From: Ignicoccus islandicus DSM 13165
GTDB lineage: Archaea > Thermoproteota > Thermoprotei_A > Sulfolobales > Ignicoccaceae
Assembly (NCBI RefSeq): GCF_001481685.1
Contig: NZ_CP006867.1
Location: 1,170,001-1,202,000, forward strand
Length of the DNA: 32,000 bases
Reading direction: 5' to 3'
Part shown: positions 11,959 to 21,100 of the stretch, piece after piece
How positions within the stretch are numbered: the first letter of the stretch is position 1
Layout of the letters: every line of letters starts with the position of its first letter
Notes under the pieces: model-generated
Told to the model about the DNA's origin: nothing
The model's input: only the letters and a program-made list of their open reading frames with translations
Database searches by the model: none
Position numbers and translations under genes: made by a program

Positions 11959-12604
11959 GCTAGAGCTGGCGGTAGACATACTACAGTCAGTAACCAAATG
12001 CAGGACTCAGAACTTAGCGAAGGCCATGCAAACCCTAACGTTCACCATCTCATCCTTACTTCTGGCCTTCGTCCTCGCTACCCCAAGTTACAAACTAATA
12101 TCCGTTCTTAATTCACTACCATCAACCACTCTGTTCCTTACTTTGCTTACGTTGTTCGGGCTATTCAAATATACAGCTTCGAAGAGCTTTACCTACATAA
12201 CTACTATTTCTGAGATACTAGGTGTAAACGTAAAATCGCGTGAATACCTTGAATGTCTAATAGCGACCTTACCCTTAGCGTTGGTGAGCGATATATTCTT
12301 ATATAATAGAATAGGCTCGCTCTCTATAGTTCTACCGTTCATAGGATTCTCTATAATAAAGTTCCTTACGAGTAAGGACGAGAACGCAAGAATGGGAAGC
12401 CTAGTCATGCTAGCTCTTTCAATGCTTTCATCTGCACAGAAGTCAAGCGCCATTGCTTTAACCCTCTCTATATCACTAACACTCAGTGGGATACTAGAAT
12501 CACTACTCTATATAGAGGAGGCTGAAAGGTGTGCCACCGAAGCCAGAGGGCAACAGCGCGGAGGCGCTGAGGAGGTTATTGAAGCTACGAATGAACCCGA
12601 CTAG
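11936..12604 (+). CDS. Integral membrane protein, function unknown
   Basis: 222-aa ORF that overlaps the previous gene by 23 nt. It has several hydrophobic spans and a charged C-terminal tail. Confidence 0.5.
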   Translation: MEEREINKLELAVDILQSVTKCRTQNLAKAMQTLTFTISSLLLAFVLATPSYKLISVLNSLPSTTLFLTLLTLFGLFKYTASKSFTYITTISEILGVNVKSREYLECLIATLPLALVSDIFLYNRIGSLSIVLPFIGFSIIKFLTSKDENARMGSLVMLALSMLSSAQKSSAIALTLSISLTLSGILESLLYIEEAERCATEARGQQRGGAEEVIEATNEPD

Positions 12605-12890
12605 AATGGCTATATTGCTCTATCTTCTCGCAAAAGGTAGAGTTTCGTTCACGGAACTTTATCGGGAACTCAATCTAACTCCGGGAAACGCGTGGAGCCA
12701 CTTGGAGAAAATGGAAAGGGAAGACCTTGTGAAAATAGAGAAAACGTTCACACCGAAAGGTCCAGTAACTTACGTAATCATTACGGAAAAAGGATACGAA
12801 ATAGCTGAAGAACTCGTCGCGATCTTGTCTTCCCTAAGCAAACTTGGGGATGTGATCCCTAGCGGATCGGAGAGTTCCGAAAGCTCTTAA
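12531..12890 (+). CDS. ArsR/SmtB-like winged-helix transcriptional regulator
   Basis: The segment EALRRLLKLRMNPTRMAILLYLLAKGRVSFTELYRELNLTPGNAWSHLEKMEREDLV matches the ArsR-type helix-turn-helix layout (NPTR-x-ILxxL...LSxHLxxLxxxGLV). The start is a GTG at 12531, overlapping the upstream membrane gene by 74 nt; an ATG at 12591 is an alternative. Confidence 0.7.
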   Translation: MPPKPEGNSAEALRRLLKLRMNPTRMAILLYLLAKGRVSFTELYRELNLTPGNAWSHLEKMEREDLVKIEKTFTPKGPVTYVIITEKGYEIAEELVAILSSLSKLGDVIPSGSESSESS

Positions 12891-13274
12891 TGGTATGAAT
12901 TTAACTAGCGTACCGCAACACTCAGTATACTTGATTGTAGACGCTATTAGTAAGTCCTTTGCATCGTAATTACATCTAACTACTATTGATTTGGTCTTCA
13001 CATCGAAGTACACGAGCTTTGGTTCGCACAAAGCTACGCCCACGTTACCATAAGATTCCTTGAGTAGCTTCACTAAACACTCCTCTAGGCACTTCCTTTC
13101 TAACTTCTTCGGCTCTTCAGAAAGAACATGCATCAAAATGTACCTCTTTCTGACCTTCTCGTTCTTTTTAGCGAGGCTCGTTCCTCCTAAATCTGGAATC
13201 TTCCTACTATTAAGTAAGGCTAGAATCGAGAGTGCTAAAGCTATTGTCGAAAGTATTAACTCTCCTCCACACAC
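12834..13274 (-). CDS. rnp2: RNase P protein component 2 (Pop5/Rnp2-like) with an unusual hydrophobic N-terminal extension
   Basis: The core VRKRYILMHVLSEE...KSIVVRCNYDAKDLL...LRAFGTLRSAR follows the Pop5 pattern (KKRYI...fkv, IVRC, GTI/L-basic). The only upstream start in frame is the GTG at 13274, which adds about 40 residues including a hydrophobic stretch. Confidence 0.6.
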   Translation of the reverse strand: MCGGELILSTIALALSILALLNSRKIPDLGGTSLAKKNEKVRKRYILMHVLSEEPKKLERKCLEECLVKLLKESYGNVGVALCEPKLVYFDVKTKSIVVRCNYDAKDLLIASTIKYTECCGTLVKFIPLRAFGTLRSARDHIPKFA

Positions 13275-13591
13275 TCTACGTCCCCTAGATCGATGCCGTA
13301 GAGATCGAGGTACGCCTTCTTCAGAACTTCCTTGGCGCGTTCCGGTGAAGGCTCGCCTTGCCTAGGTAAAAGAGCATAGAATTCTTCACATCCGGCCGGT
13401 GTGAATAACACCTTTATTGCGTACTCCCCTCTCCGATCTAAGAGCACCTTTACCTTTTCGGATTCTAGTAAAGTTTCGCTTAGCTTAGTACACTCTTCAG
13501 GAGGAAGCTTCCTATAGATATCTAGAAGCACGTAATTTTCAGTAAATAAAACCCTTTTGCCTTTACACATATAGCTCTTCAAGATCATCAC
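13256..13591 (-). CDS. Hypothetical protein
   Basis: 111-aa ORF that overlaps its upstream neighbour by 4 nt and its downstream neighbour by 19 nt, suggesting operon coupling. No recognisable motif. Confidence 0.45.
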   Translation of the reverse strand: MMILKSYMCKGKRVLFTENYVLLDIYRKLPPEECTKLSETLLESEKVKVLLDRRGEYAIKVLFTPAGCEEFYALLPRQGEPSPERAKEVLKKAYLDLYGIDLGDVECVEES

Positions 13592-13821
13592 TCTATTGGT
13601 GTTATGACCGGTTTCAATTGACTATGGCAGTATGGGCATCTACCACCTAGTTTCTTGTATTCGTCTGCGCAGAAGTAGACTCCGAGTTTAGGAGTGCACT
13701 TAGGACATTCATACACGGGCTCCTTAGTAACGTCGGCGTACCTAGCAGTTATTGCGCATCTAACAGTAACCCAGCCTTTATGTCCTTGAGCGTTTACCCC
13801 GTAAACTCCTCCATACGACAT
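13588..13821 (-). CDS. Small zinc-ribbon protein
   Basis: 77 aa with two CxxC pairs (CPKC and CPYC) about 24 residues apart. It starts at an ATG and is the first gene of a three-gene overlapping set. Confidence 0.55.
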   Translation of the reverse strand: MSYGGVYGVNAQGHKGWVTVRCAITARYADVTKEPVYECPKCTPKLGVYFCADEYKKLGGRCPYCHSQLKPVITPIE

Positions 13822-13910
13822 TTTCCAACCCGAGGAGAGGAGTGAGGGTAGCTTAATAATAGTTTCAACATTTTAGTCTTCCTCTGTAGTCCCACTCGGG
13901 TATGTAGTTA

Positions 13911-15197
13911 GTGCTTACAGTGATTGTTAGAAGCAAGAGAGACGCGGACGCATTGAGAAACATGATTAAGAACTATAGGAGCGATTGGGGAATTGAAGTA
14001 GAGACTTTGAAAGGTAAGAGAGGTACTGACGTTATAGATGCCGTGAAGGAGCTCGTCTCTGATAACAAGTTCTATTTGGTTTTACTAGGTCGCGAAGAGG
14101 CGGACGTAATTAAAGAGCTCTCCGACTCGACTCCCCCTAATGTTATCGTTCACGGAATCAGAAAAAAGAGAATAAGGAACACTCGCTTAAGTGAACTCAA
14201 TTGGGAACTAGAGGTAGCCAAGAGTCAACCGAGATTGTGGATTGAGTGGAGCGGAGATACGCCATTTATAGCTAAGAAGTACGTAAGAGGAGAGCCTGGA
14301 ACGGACGTCTTCTTGGGCTGGGGTCTCTGGTGGAAGACCTTAGGCTTAGGAGAGCCTTCACACAAAGGTTTCCTAGTAAAGAAAAGCGCGGACGGGGTCC
14401 ACACAGTAATAGCTGGTGGTAGAGCAGTAGCTCTCACCGAAATAACTGACAATAGAATACCTCAAACCGTTCTGCTAGGCGAAGTAAGAGGCTTCGAGCT
14501 TAAGGAGTTCGCTAACTTGTCGCGTAACGTAATACGCAGCTTCGTAAGAGGAACAGCTAAGCTGTTCGAAGGATGTGAGAAAGCCATAGTTCCTTGGAGC
14601 GGTGGTAAGGATAGTACGGCCGCTTTGCTAATAGCTAAGGAATACTGTGACGAAGTCGAAGCAATATACGTTGATACAGGAGTTGACATGGGTTTGAACA
14701 AGTACTACATCGAAAAAATTGCCAACGAAATGAACGTGAATTACGAAGTAGTTAGAGCTCCTGTTAAAGAGAATATAATGGAACTGGGATTTCCTTCTCG
14801 TGACAATAGATGGTGCACTGGATTGAAAATAAAGGCGCTGGAAGATGCAATAAAGAGGAGAGGCAAGGTCAAAGTCGTAGTAGGAGATCGCGATGCCGAG
14901 TCCATCTCTAGGTCCCGAAGGTGGTTTGAGAGGGAGTGGGAAGGGGTTGCAGAGGTCCTCGCTCCCCTGAAGCTTTGGAGCGGTGCAATGGTTTTAGCTT
15001 ACTTACTAAGCGAGAATGTACTTCCTAATCCGCTCTATGCTCTAGGCTTCTATAGACTCGGTTGCTACGTTTGCCCGTTCCTTAGGGCGTACGAAAGGAA
15101 GTTATTAAGGGAGGTAAGGGCAGCTAAAATAGGTGCCGACGAGGACCTCTTAAACCAGTTCTTGGGGAGGCACGAAGGCTATGACTTGGGGATGTAA
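13911..15197 (+). CDS. PP-loop ATP pyrophosphatase of the PAPS-reductase family with a roughly 220-aa N-terminal extension
   Basis: Has the PP-loop VPWSGGKDSTAALLIA, then VGDRDAES and a C-terminal Cys pair (RLGCYVCP). The N-terminal 220 aa have no motif I can name. GTG start. Confidence 0.75.
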   Translation: MLTVIVRSKRDADALRNMIKNYRSDWGIEVETLKGKRGTDVIDAVKELVSDNKFYLVLLGREEADVIKELSDSTPPNVIVHGIRKKRIRNTRLSELNWELEVAKSQPRLWIEWSGDTPFIAKKYVRGEPGTDVFLGWGLWWKTLGLGEPSHKGFLVKKSADGVHTVIAGGRAVALTEITDNRIPQTVLLGEVRGFELKEFANLSRNVIRSFVRGTAKLFEGCEKAIVPWSGGKDSTAALLIAKEYCDEVEAIYVDTGVDMGLNKYYIEKIANEMNVNYEVVRAPVKENIMELGFPSRDNRWCTGLKIKALEDAIKRRGKVKVVVGDRDAESISRSRRWFEREWEGVAEVLAPLKLWSGAMVLAYLLSENVLPNPLYALGFYRLGCYVCPFLRAYERKLLREVRAAKIGADEDLLNQFLGRHEGYDLGM

Positions 15198-15960
15198 GGC
15201 TTTCAAGGAGAAGATACTTACTAAATTGAATCAGATGAGCCTAGATCTTGCAAGAGAGGGCTCGCGGAACAACGTTCAATTAATTGAAGTCATTAGAGAC
15301 TTGGGTGACCAAGTAGATCCTTCCGTTCCTTGCTCCCTCAGGAGCTGGGAATTTTGGAGGAAGGCATACCTCGAATTACGTAACGCGAATTCGGACGAAA
15401 ACGAAGCTCGAAAGTTAAGAGCGCTCGTCGAGTACCTCAACGAAGTCAACGCGTTCGACATTAAATGGATCTCTGTAGTGAATTTAGTATCCTTAATAAC
15501 TCTAACCACTACGGTTCTCCTCACAGGACCTTCGATACCCAGTTACTTGGGCTTAGTAGCACTATTAATGAGTAAGATCTATCCCCTTGAGACTCTTATA
15601 TTTTCATCCACAATCATACCAACTTCCATATTAATTCATAACATTGAAATGTATCCCCTCGCCTCAATTATCGCTCTCTTAAACGCGTTCTCGATCTTTG
15701 GAGTGTTCGGAGAGAAGCCGAAATATAGGGAAGTGAAGACAACGCAGAAACTCGAAATTAAAGTAAGTGAAGATGAGATCTTAACTATGCTCAAGCAAGT
15801 ATACGGTAAAGAAGCAAAGGACATACTTGACTTCCTAGTGACTCAGCTAATAGTAGAGGGCTACACTAAGGATGAAGCGCTATCTGAGATATGGAGGAGG
15901 TTAACTGGAGAGGAGACCTCAAGAGGACATGAGAGCAGCACAGAGGTCTCTCATGCTTAG
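15181..15960 (+). CDS. Hypothetical membrane protein with soluble N- and C-terminal helical regions
   Basis: 259-aa ORF that overlaps the PP-loop gene by 17 nt. It has a central block of hydrophobic segments. It overlaps the convergent CBS gene by 42 nt. Confidence 0.45.
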   Translation: MTWGCKAFKEKILTKLNQMSLDLAREGSRNNVQLIEVIRDLGDQVDPSVPCSLRSWEFWRKAYLELRNANSDENEARKLRALVEYLNEVNAFDIKWISVVNLVSLITLTTTVLLTGPSIPSYLGLVALLMSKIYPLETLIFSSTIIPTSILIHNIEMYPLASIIALLNAFSIFGVFGEKPKYREVKTTQKLEIKVSEDEILTMLKQVYGKEAKDILDFLVTQLIVEGYTKDEALSEIWRRLTGEETSRGHESSTEVSHA

Positions 15961-16317
15961 TATTCCTAGAACTCTGTTTCCTTGAACTACCACTAGGTGC
16001 CTTACGCCGTTGTCCAACATCATTTTCAAAGCCTCTTCTACCGTAACGTCGGGAGTTATCGTTATGACTTCTGACCATGGGGTCATGTAGTACTTTACCT
16101 TAGCCCTACTCGGATCAGCACCTAACGCCAATGCTGCGATGATGTCCCTCTCTGTGATAAGACCAACGACCTTTCCACCTTCGGCCGTTACCAAGAGCGC
16201 ACCAATAGCGTTCTCGTGCATTCTCTCTGCTGCTTCGCCTAAAGTCGCATCTCCATCTATTGAGATAATTAGTCTTTCCCTTCCGAAATATTTCTCAACG
16301 GAACTCATGCTCTTCAC
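15919..16317 (-). CDS. CBS-domain pair protein
   Basis: 132 aa with two CBS repeats (GALLVTAEGGKVVGLITERDI and RHLVVVQGNRVLGILSMRDL). The start is a GTG at 16317 or an ATG at 16308. Confidence 0.8.
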   Translation of the reverse strand: MKSMSSVEKYFGRERLIISIDGDATLGEAAERMHENAIGALLVTAEGGKVVGLITERDIIAALALGADPSRAKVKYYMTPWSEVITITPDVTVEEALKMMLDNGVRHLVVVQGNRVLGILSMRDLCAALMSS

Positions 16318-16345
16318 CGCCCATTCGAGATCTGGAACGGTTTAA

Positions 16346-16352
16346 TTATAAA
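16346..16352 (-). promoter_or_regulatory. TATA box candidate for the CBS gene
   Basis: Minus-strand TTTATAA (plus-strand ttataaa, 16346-16352), about 30-40 nt upstream of the start codons at 16317/16308. Confidence 0.45.
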
Positions 16353-16494
16353 GGGCTACTTAGCTCATTTATCTTAATTCTATTTATTATGGAATACGAA
16401 GCGATCGAAAATAGGAACCTCGGTGCCGGGGTTGATGGTCATTGGGTTGCGAGGAGCCCCCTCCCCAGCGGCCATTCCGAGCCTCACAGGCCCT

Positions 16495-17739
16495 TCACTT
16501 AACTATACCCCAACCAGCGAGCCTCCATCTATTCCCTATCCTCCTGTTGAAAGCCACTCTAGCTCCCTTCCACGCGACCACTGGTCTCTGTAATTTTACG
16601 CTCATCTCATCCTTAGTTATTGAAGTTACGACTCCAACAGTAATTGCAGTTCCTACTGTAATCATTAGCGGTTCGCCTCTTCTCGGTGGCGTTATTTTAG
16701 TTTCTTTTTGGAATCCAACGACTCTCTCTAGTAAGTGGTACTCCATGGTTAATTCATTGAAAACTGGGGGTAGTTCGCCGGGCCTGCCTACTACACTGCC
16801 TACTAGGGCGTCTGCCTTAGTTAGGGATGGATCCAACTTGGTACCTATGGCAACTAGGCCTCCTGGTAACGCCTCCTCTACTTCAACGTTTCCAAATCTC
16901 AAACTAACTACTTCGCTTTCTAAGGGAACGTATTCGATCTTGGTTCCACTTCGTACGGGGTATCCCGGTCTTATCTCAATTTTGTCACCTATCCTTAATT
17001 TGCCTCTTATAAGTGAACCACCGACAACGCCTCCTACAAGCTTTTCGGGCGGGGTACCGGGCTTGTTTACGTCGAAGCTCCTCGCTATCCACATCAAAGG
17101 AGGTGACTCCAAGTCCCTCGGCGGAGTTGGAATCTCTTCTTCGATAGCCTCAAGCAATGCGTCGATGTTTACCTTGTGAAGGGCACTTACGGGCACTATT
17201 ACGGCGTCCTCTGCCCACGTTCCCTTTAAGAACTCCTTTATTTGTTGGTAGTTCTTCAACGCCTCTTCCTTGGTCACAACGTCTATCTTGTTTTGAACTA
17301 CTACTAATCTCTTTATTCCGACTATGCTTAGTGCCATGAAATGTTCTAGAGTTTGGGGTTGGGGACAAGGTTCGTTTGCGGCAATGACTAGTAAAGCGCC
17401 ATCCATCAAAGAGCTACCGGATAGCATCGTTGCCATTAGTACCTCGTGGCCTGGAGCGTCTACGTATGAAACCCTCCTAAGAAGCTGAGGTACACTGCCT
17501 TTTGGACACCTTGGACACTTGGGCTCGGGCGAATACGCATCTGGTTCGGGACAATTAGTGCACTTGTAAATATCACCGTCTGCGTAGCCGAGCTTGATAG
17601 TCATTCCCCTCTTTAGTTCCTCACTGTGCCTAGCAGTCCACACGCCAGTTAAGGCTTGGACTAGAGTAGTCTTCCCGTGGTCTACGTGACCTACGACGCC
17701 GATGTTCACTTCAGGCTGAACGTCCTTACTCCCTTTCAT
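16495..17739 (-). CDS. eif2g: Translation initiation factor aIF2 gamma subunit
   Basis: Has the GTPase motifs [14 protein letters not shown] and NKID, and the zinc knuckle CTNCPEP...CPRCPKG, at a length of 414 aa. Confidence 0.95.
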   Translation of the reverse strand: MKGSKDVQPEVNIGVVGHVDHGKTTLVQALTGVWTARHSEELKRGMTIKLGYADGDIYKCTNCPEPDAYSPEPKCPRCPKGSVPQLLRRVSYVDAPGHEVLMATMLSGSSLMDGALLVIAANEPCPQPQTLEHFMALSIVGIKRLVVVQNKIDVVTKEEALKNYQQIKEFLKGTWAEDAVIVPVSALHKVNIDALLEAIEEEIPTPPRDLESPPLMWIARSFDVNKPGTPPEKLVGGVVGGSLIRGKLRIGDKIEIRPGYPVRSGTKIEYVPLESEVVSLRFGNVEVEEALPGGLVAIGTKLDPSLTKADALVGSVVGRPGELPPVFNELTMEYHLLERVVGFQKETKITPPRRGEPLMITVGTAITVGVVTSITKDEMSVKLQRPVVAWKGARVAFNRRIGNRWRLAGWGIVK

Positions 17740-17847
17740 TTCTCATTCCGTGTCTTCGTGGAAGCGCGTGACTAATATATTACAGTTCTCTCCCCCACTC
17801 TGAATCTTTAATACCGCTATTCCCCCATGGGTTAGGGACCTAAAGTA

Positions 17848-18093
17848 ATGGCAGAAAGGAAATTTAAAGTCACTGATCACGTATTGGTTCCCGAACACGT
17901 CAAACTCAGTGACGAAGAAGCATATGAAATTTTGAAAAAATACGGATTGAAGCCAGAGGACCTACCAATCCTCCGCGTTGATGATCCAGTAGCGAAGGAA
18001 TTGGGCTTGAAGCCTGGAGACATAGTGAAGATAATAAGAAGGAGCGATAAGGCAGAGGAAGTAGTAACTTTAAGGTACGTAGTCGGTATATAA
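17848..18093 (+). CDS. rpoH: DNA-directed RNA polymerase subunit H (Rpo5)
   Basis: 81 aa with HVLVPEHVKLSDEEAYEILKKYGLKPEDLPILRVDDPVAKELGLKPGDIVKIIRRS, the RPB5 C-terminal domain signature. It lies immediately upstream of rpoB. Confidence 0.9.
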   Translation: MAERKFKVTDHVLVPEHVKLSDEEAYEILKKYGLKPEDLPILRVDDPVAKELGLKPGDIVKIIRRSDKAEEVVTLRYVVGI

Positions 18094-18125
18094 AAACCCC
18101 CTTTCCGCGTCACAGGTGGTCTGAT

Positions 18126-21100
18126 ATGAGTTCTCAGGAAGCTCGCGAGTTCCCTACTCCAGAAGATAGATGGATCGTAATGAACTCATACTTCAAAGAG
18201 AGAGGACTGACACAGCAACAGTTGCAATCATACAACAAGTTCGTTACAGAAACGTTACAACAGTTAATCGATGAAATAGGTGAGGTCGAGCTACTCGAAG
18301 GCTACAAGCTAGTTTTCGGTAAAGTGAGATACGGTAAACCGATAGTCAAGGAGCCTGATGGCGTCAACGAGGAAGTAACTCCTATGGAATGTAGGATTAG
18401 AGATCTTACGTACTCAGTCCCGATATATTTGCAAGTCAAGTTAATCAAACCCAACTACGAGGAGATTGAAGAGGAAGTTGAAATAGGGCAAATGCCCATA
18501 ATGCTTAGGTCAGTTATAGATCCTCTCTCGAAACTCTCTCCCGAAGAACTGATTGAGAGAGGCGAAGACCCTAGGGATCCCGGGGGCTATTTCATAATTG
18601 ATGGAAGCGAGAAGGTAATAGTAACCCAGGAGGACCTAGCGCTCAACCAAGTATTGGTTGACAAGGGCGGACCTCAAACCACAGTTACTCACACGGCTAA
18701 GGTTCTTTCGAGTACTTTAGGGTATAGGGTGCAAGTAATTGTTGAAAGGTTAAAGGATGGAAACATTTACGTAGTATTCCCTTCAATACCGGGCAGGATT
18801 CCATTCGTTGTTATGATGAGGGCGCTCGGAATTGAATCAGACAAAGACATCGCCGCACTCGTTAGCTTCGATCCCGAGATTCAACAAGAACTCTTAGCTT
18901 CCCTAGAACAAGCAGCTCCATTCGCAACTGTAGAAGACGCTCTCGATCTAATAGGTTCCAGAATAGCTCTAGGTCTCCCCAGGGAAAAGAGAATTGAAAG
19001 AGCGGAGCAAATAATAGATAATAACTTCTTACCCCACCTAGGAAACAAACCTGAAGATAGGCTCAAGAAAGCCATCTTCATTGCTCATATGGCAAGAAAG
19101 TTACTTGAAGTTTACTTGGAAAAGAGGGAACCGGACGACAAGGACCATTACGCTAATAGGAGAATGAAGCTAGCTGGAGACATGCTAGCATCTCTATTCA
19201 GAAGCTACTTGAGACAGATGGTAAAGGACATAGGTTATCAATTAGAGAGATTGGCTAGTAAGGACCCACGCAGCGTTCATTTGAGGATGATAATTAGATC
19301 TAACTATCTAAGCGAGAAGGTGAGGCAAGCTTTAGCTACCGGAAACTGGGTAGGCGGCAGAACGGGCGTTTCTCAATTGCTGGATAGGACTAACTGGCTC
19401 AGCACCCTCTCTCACTTAAGAAGGGTCGTCTCGCCCCTTTCGAGAACTCAACCTCACTACGAGGCAAGAGAACTTCACATGACCCAATGGGGTAGAATAT
19501 GTCCCTTCGAAACTCCCGAAGGTCCTAACATCGGTCTAGTTAAGAACCTAGCATTGTCTGCATACATCTCAGTTGGCGTTCCTGAGGAAGACGTAGAGGA
19601 AGTCCTAAAGGAACTCGGAATGGTACCTATTGACCAAGTGATTGAATTAATTCGAAACGATCAGCCGATACCCGATGAAGTAATCAACGGCGCGAGAGTC
19701 TACTTGAACGGGAGGCCCGTAGGTTACTACCCAGATCCGCATGAGCTTGCATCTAAACTCAGATCTCTTAGACGACAAGGTAAGCTTCACTACGAAGTTA
19801 GCGTCGGAGTATACGAAAACGACGACGGTAGCATAAGGGAGGTTTACGTCAATACGGATAGCGGTAGATTAATGAGACCAGTCTTCGTAGTTGAGAATGG
19901 TCAATTGAAGCTGAAACCTGAGCACATTGAAAAGCTGAAGAAGGGCGAATGGACTTTCACGGACTTGTTGACTAGGGGCATAGTAGAATTACTAGACGCC
20001 GAGGAGGAAGAGAACGCTTACATAGCTTTGGACCCAAAGGATCTCACTCCCGAACATACGCACATGGAGATATGGACTCCAGCCATTCTCGGCGTTGCCG
20101 CCTCTACTATACCTTACCTAGAACACAACCAGAGTCCGAGGAACAGCTATCAGAGCGCCATGGCCAAGCAAGCTCTAGGTCTCTATACTGCTAACTTCAT
20201 GATGAGAACCGATACTAGAGGATACTACTTGCATTATCCAGAGAGGCCGTTAGTACAAACTAAGCACATGGACCTAATAGGCTATAACGATAGACCCGCC
20301 GGTCAAAACGTAGTAGCTGCAATAATGTCGTATACAGGTTACAACATAGAGGACGCAGTTATACTGAACAAATCCAGCGTTGAAAGAGGTCTACTCAGAG
20401 CGACGTTCTTCAGACTTTACCAGACTGAGGAGCAAAAGTACCCTGGTGGTCAAGAGGATAGAATAGAGATTCCAGATCCTACCAAGAAGATAAGAGGTTA
20501 CAGAGGTCCAGACGCGTATAGGAAGTTGGATTCCGATGGAATAGTTCAACCAGAAACATACGTAGTAGGAGGAGAAGTCCTAATAGGAAAAACAAGTCCA
20601 CCTAAGTTCAGCGAAGAGTACAAGGAGCTCGGAGTAGCGGAACTAGGGAGAAGGGACACCTCAGTAGTCGTAAGACATGGCGAAGAGGGTATAGTAGATA
20701 CTGTCGTGATTACCCAGAATATAGATGGTATAAAAATGGTAAAGATAAAGGTAAGAGACTTAAGAATACCGGAGATAGGAGATAAGTTCGCTTCAAGACA
20801 TGGTCAGAAGGGCGTTGCAAGTATATTGATACCGCAATACGACATGCCTTACTCGGAGTTCGGAATAGTTCCCGACATGATACTGAACCCTCACGCGTTC
20901 CCTTCAAGAATGACGTTAGGCCAACTGATCGAGAGCATTGCCGCTAAGGCGGCATCGTTCAGAGGAAGGGAGGTAGACGCCACGCCGTTCTATAAAGAAC
21001 CAATAGACGAGCTTAGGAAGGTGCTAGTGGAGAGAGGTCTCCCACCAGATGGATCCGAGGTTATGTTCGATGGAAGGACGGGCGAAATGGTTCGCAGGCC

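Noticed and set aside
16442-17179. A 245-aa + strand ORF, and many other 60-180-aa ORFs antisense to cdc48, rpoB, aIF2-gamma, the family-5 binding protein and others.
   Set aside because: These are shadow ORFs lying entirely inside strongly supported genes on the opposite strand. Their translations are low-complexity (Ser/Pro/Leu/Thr-rich) with no motifs.
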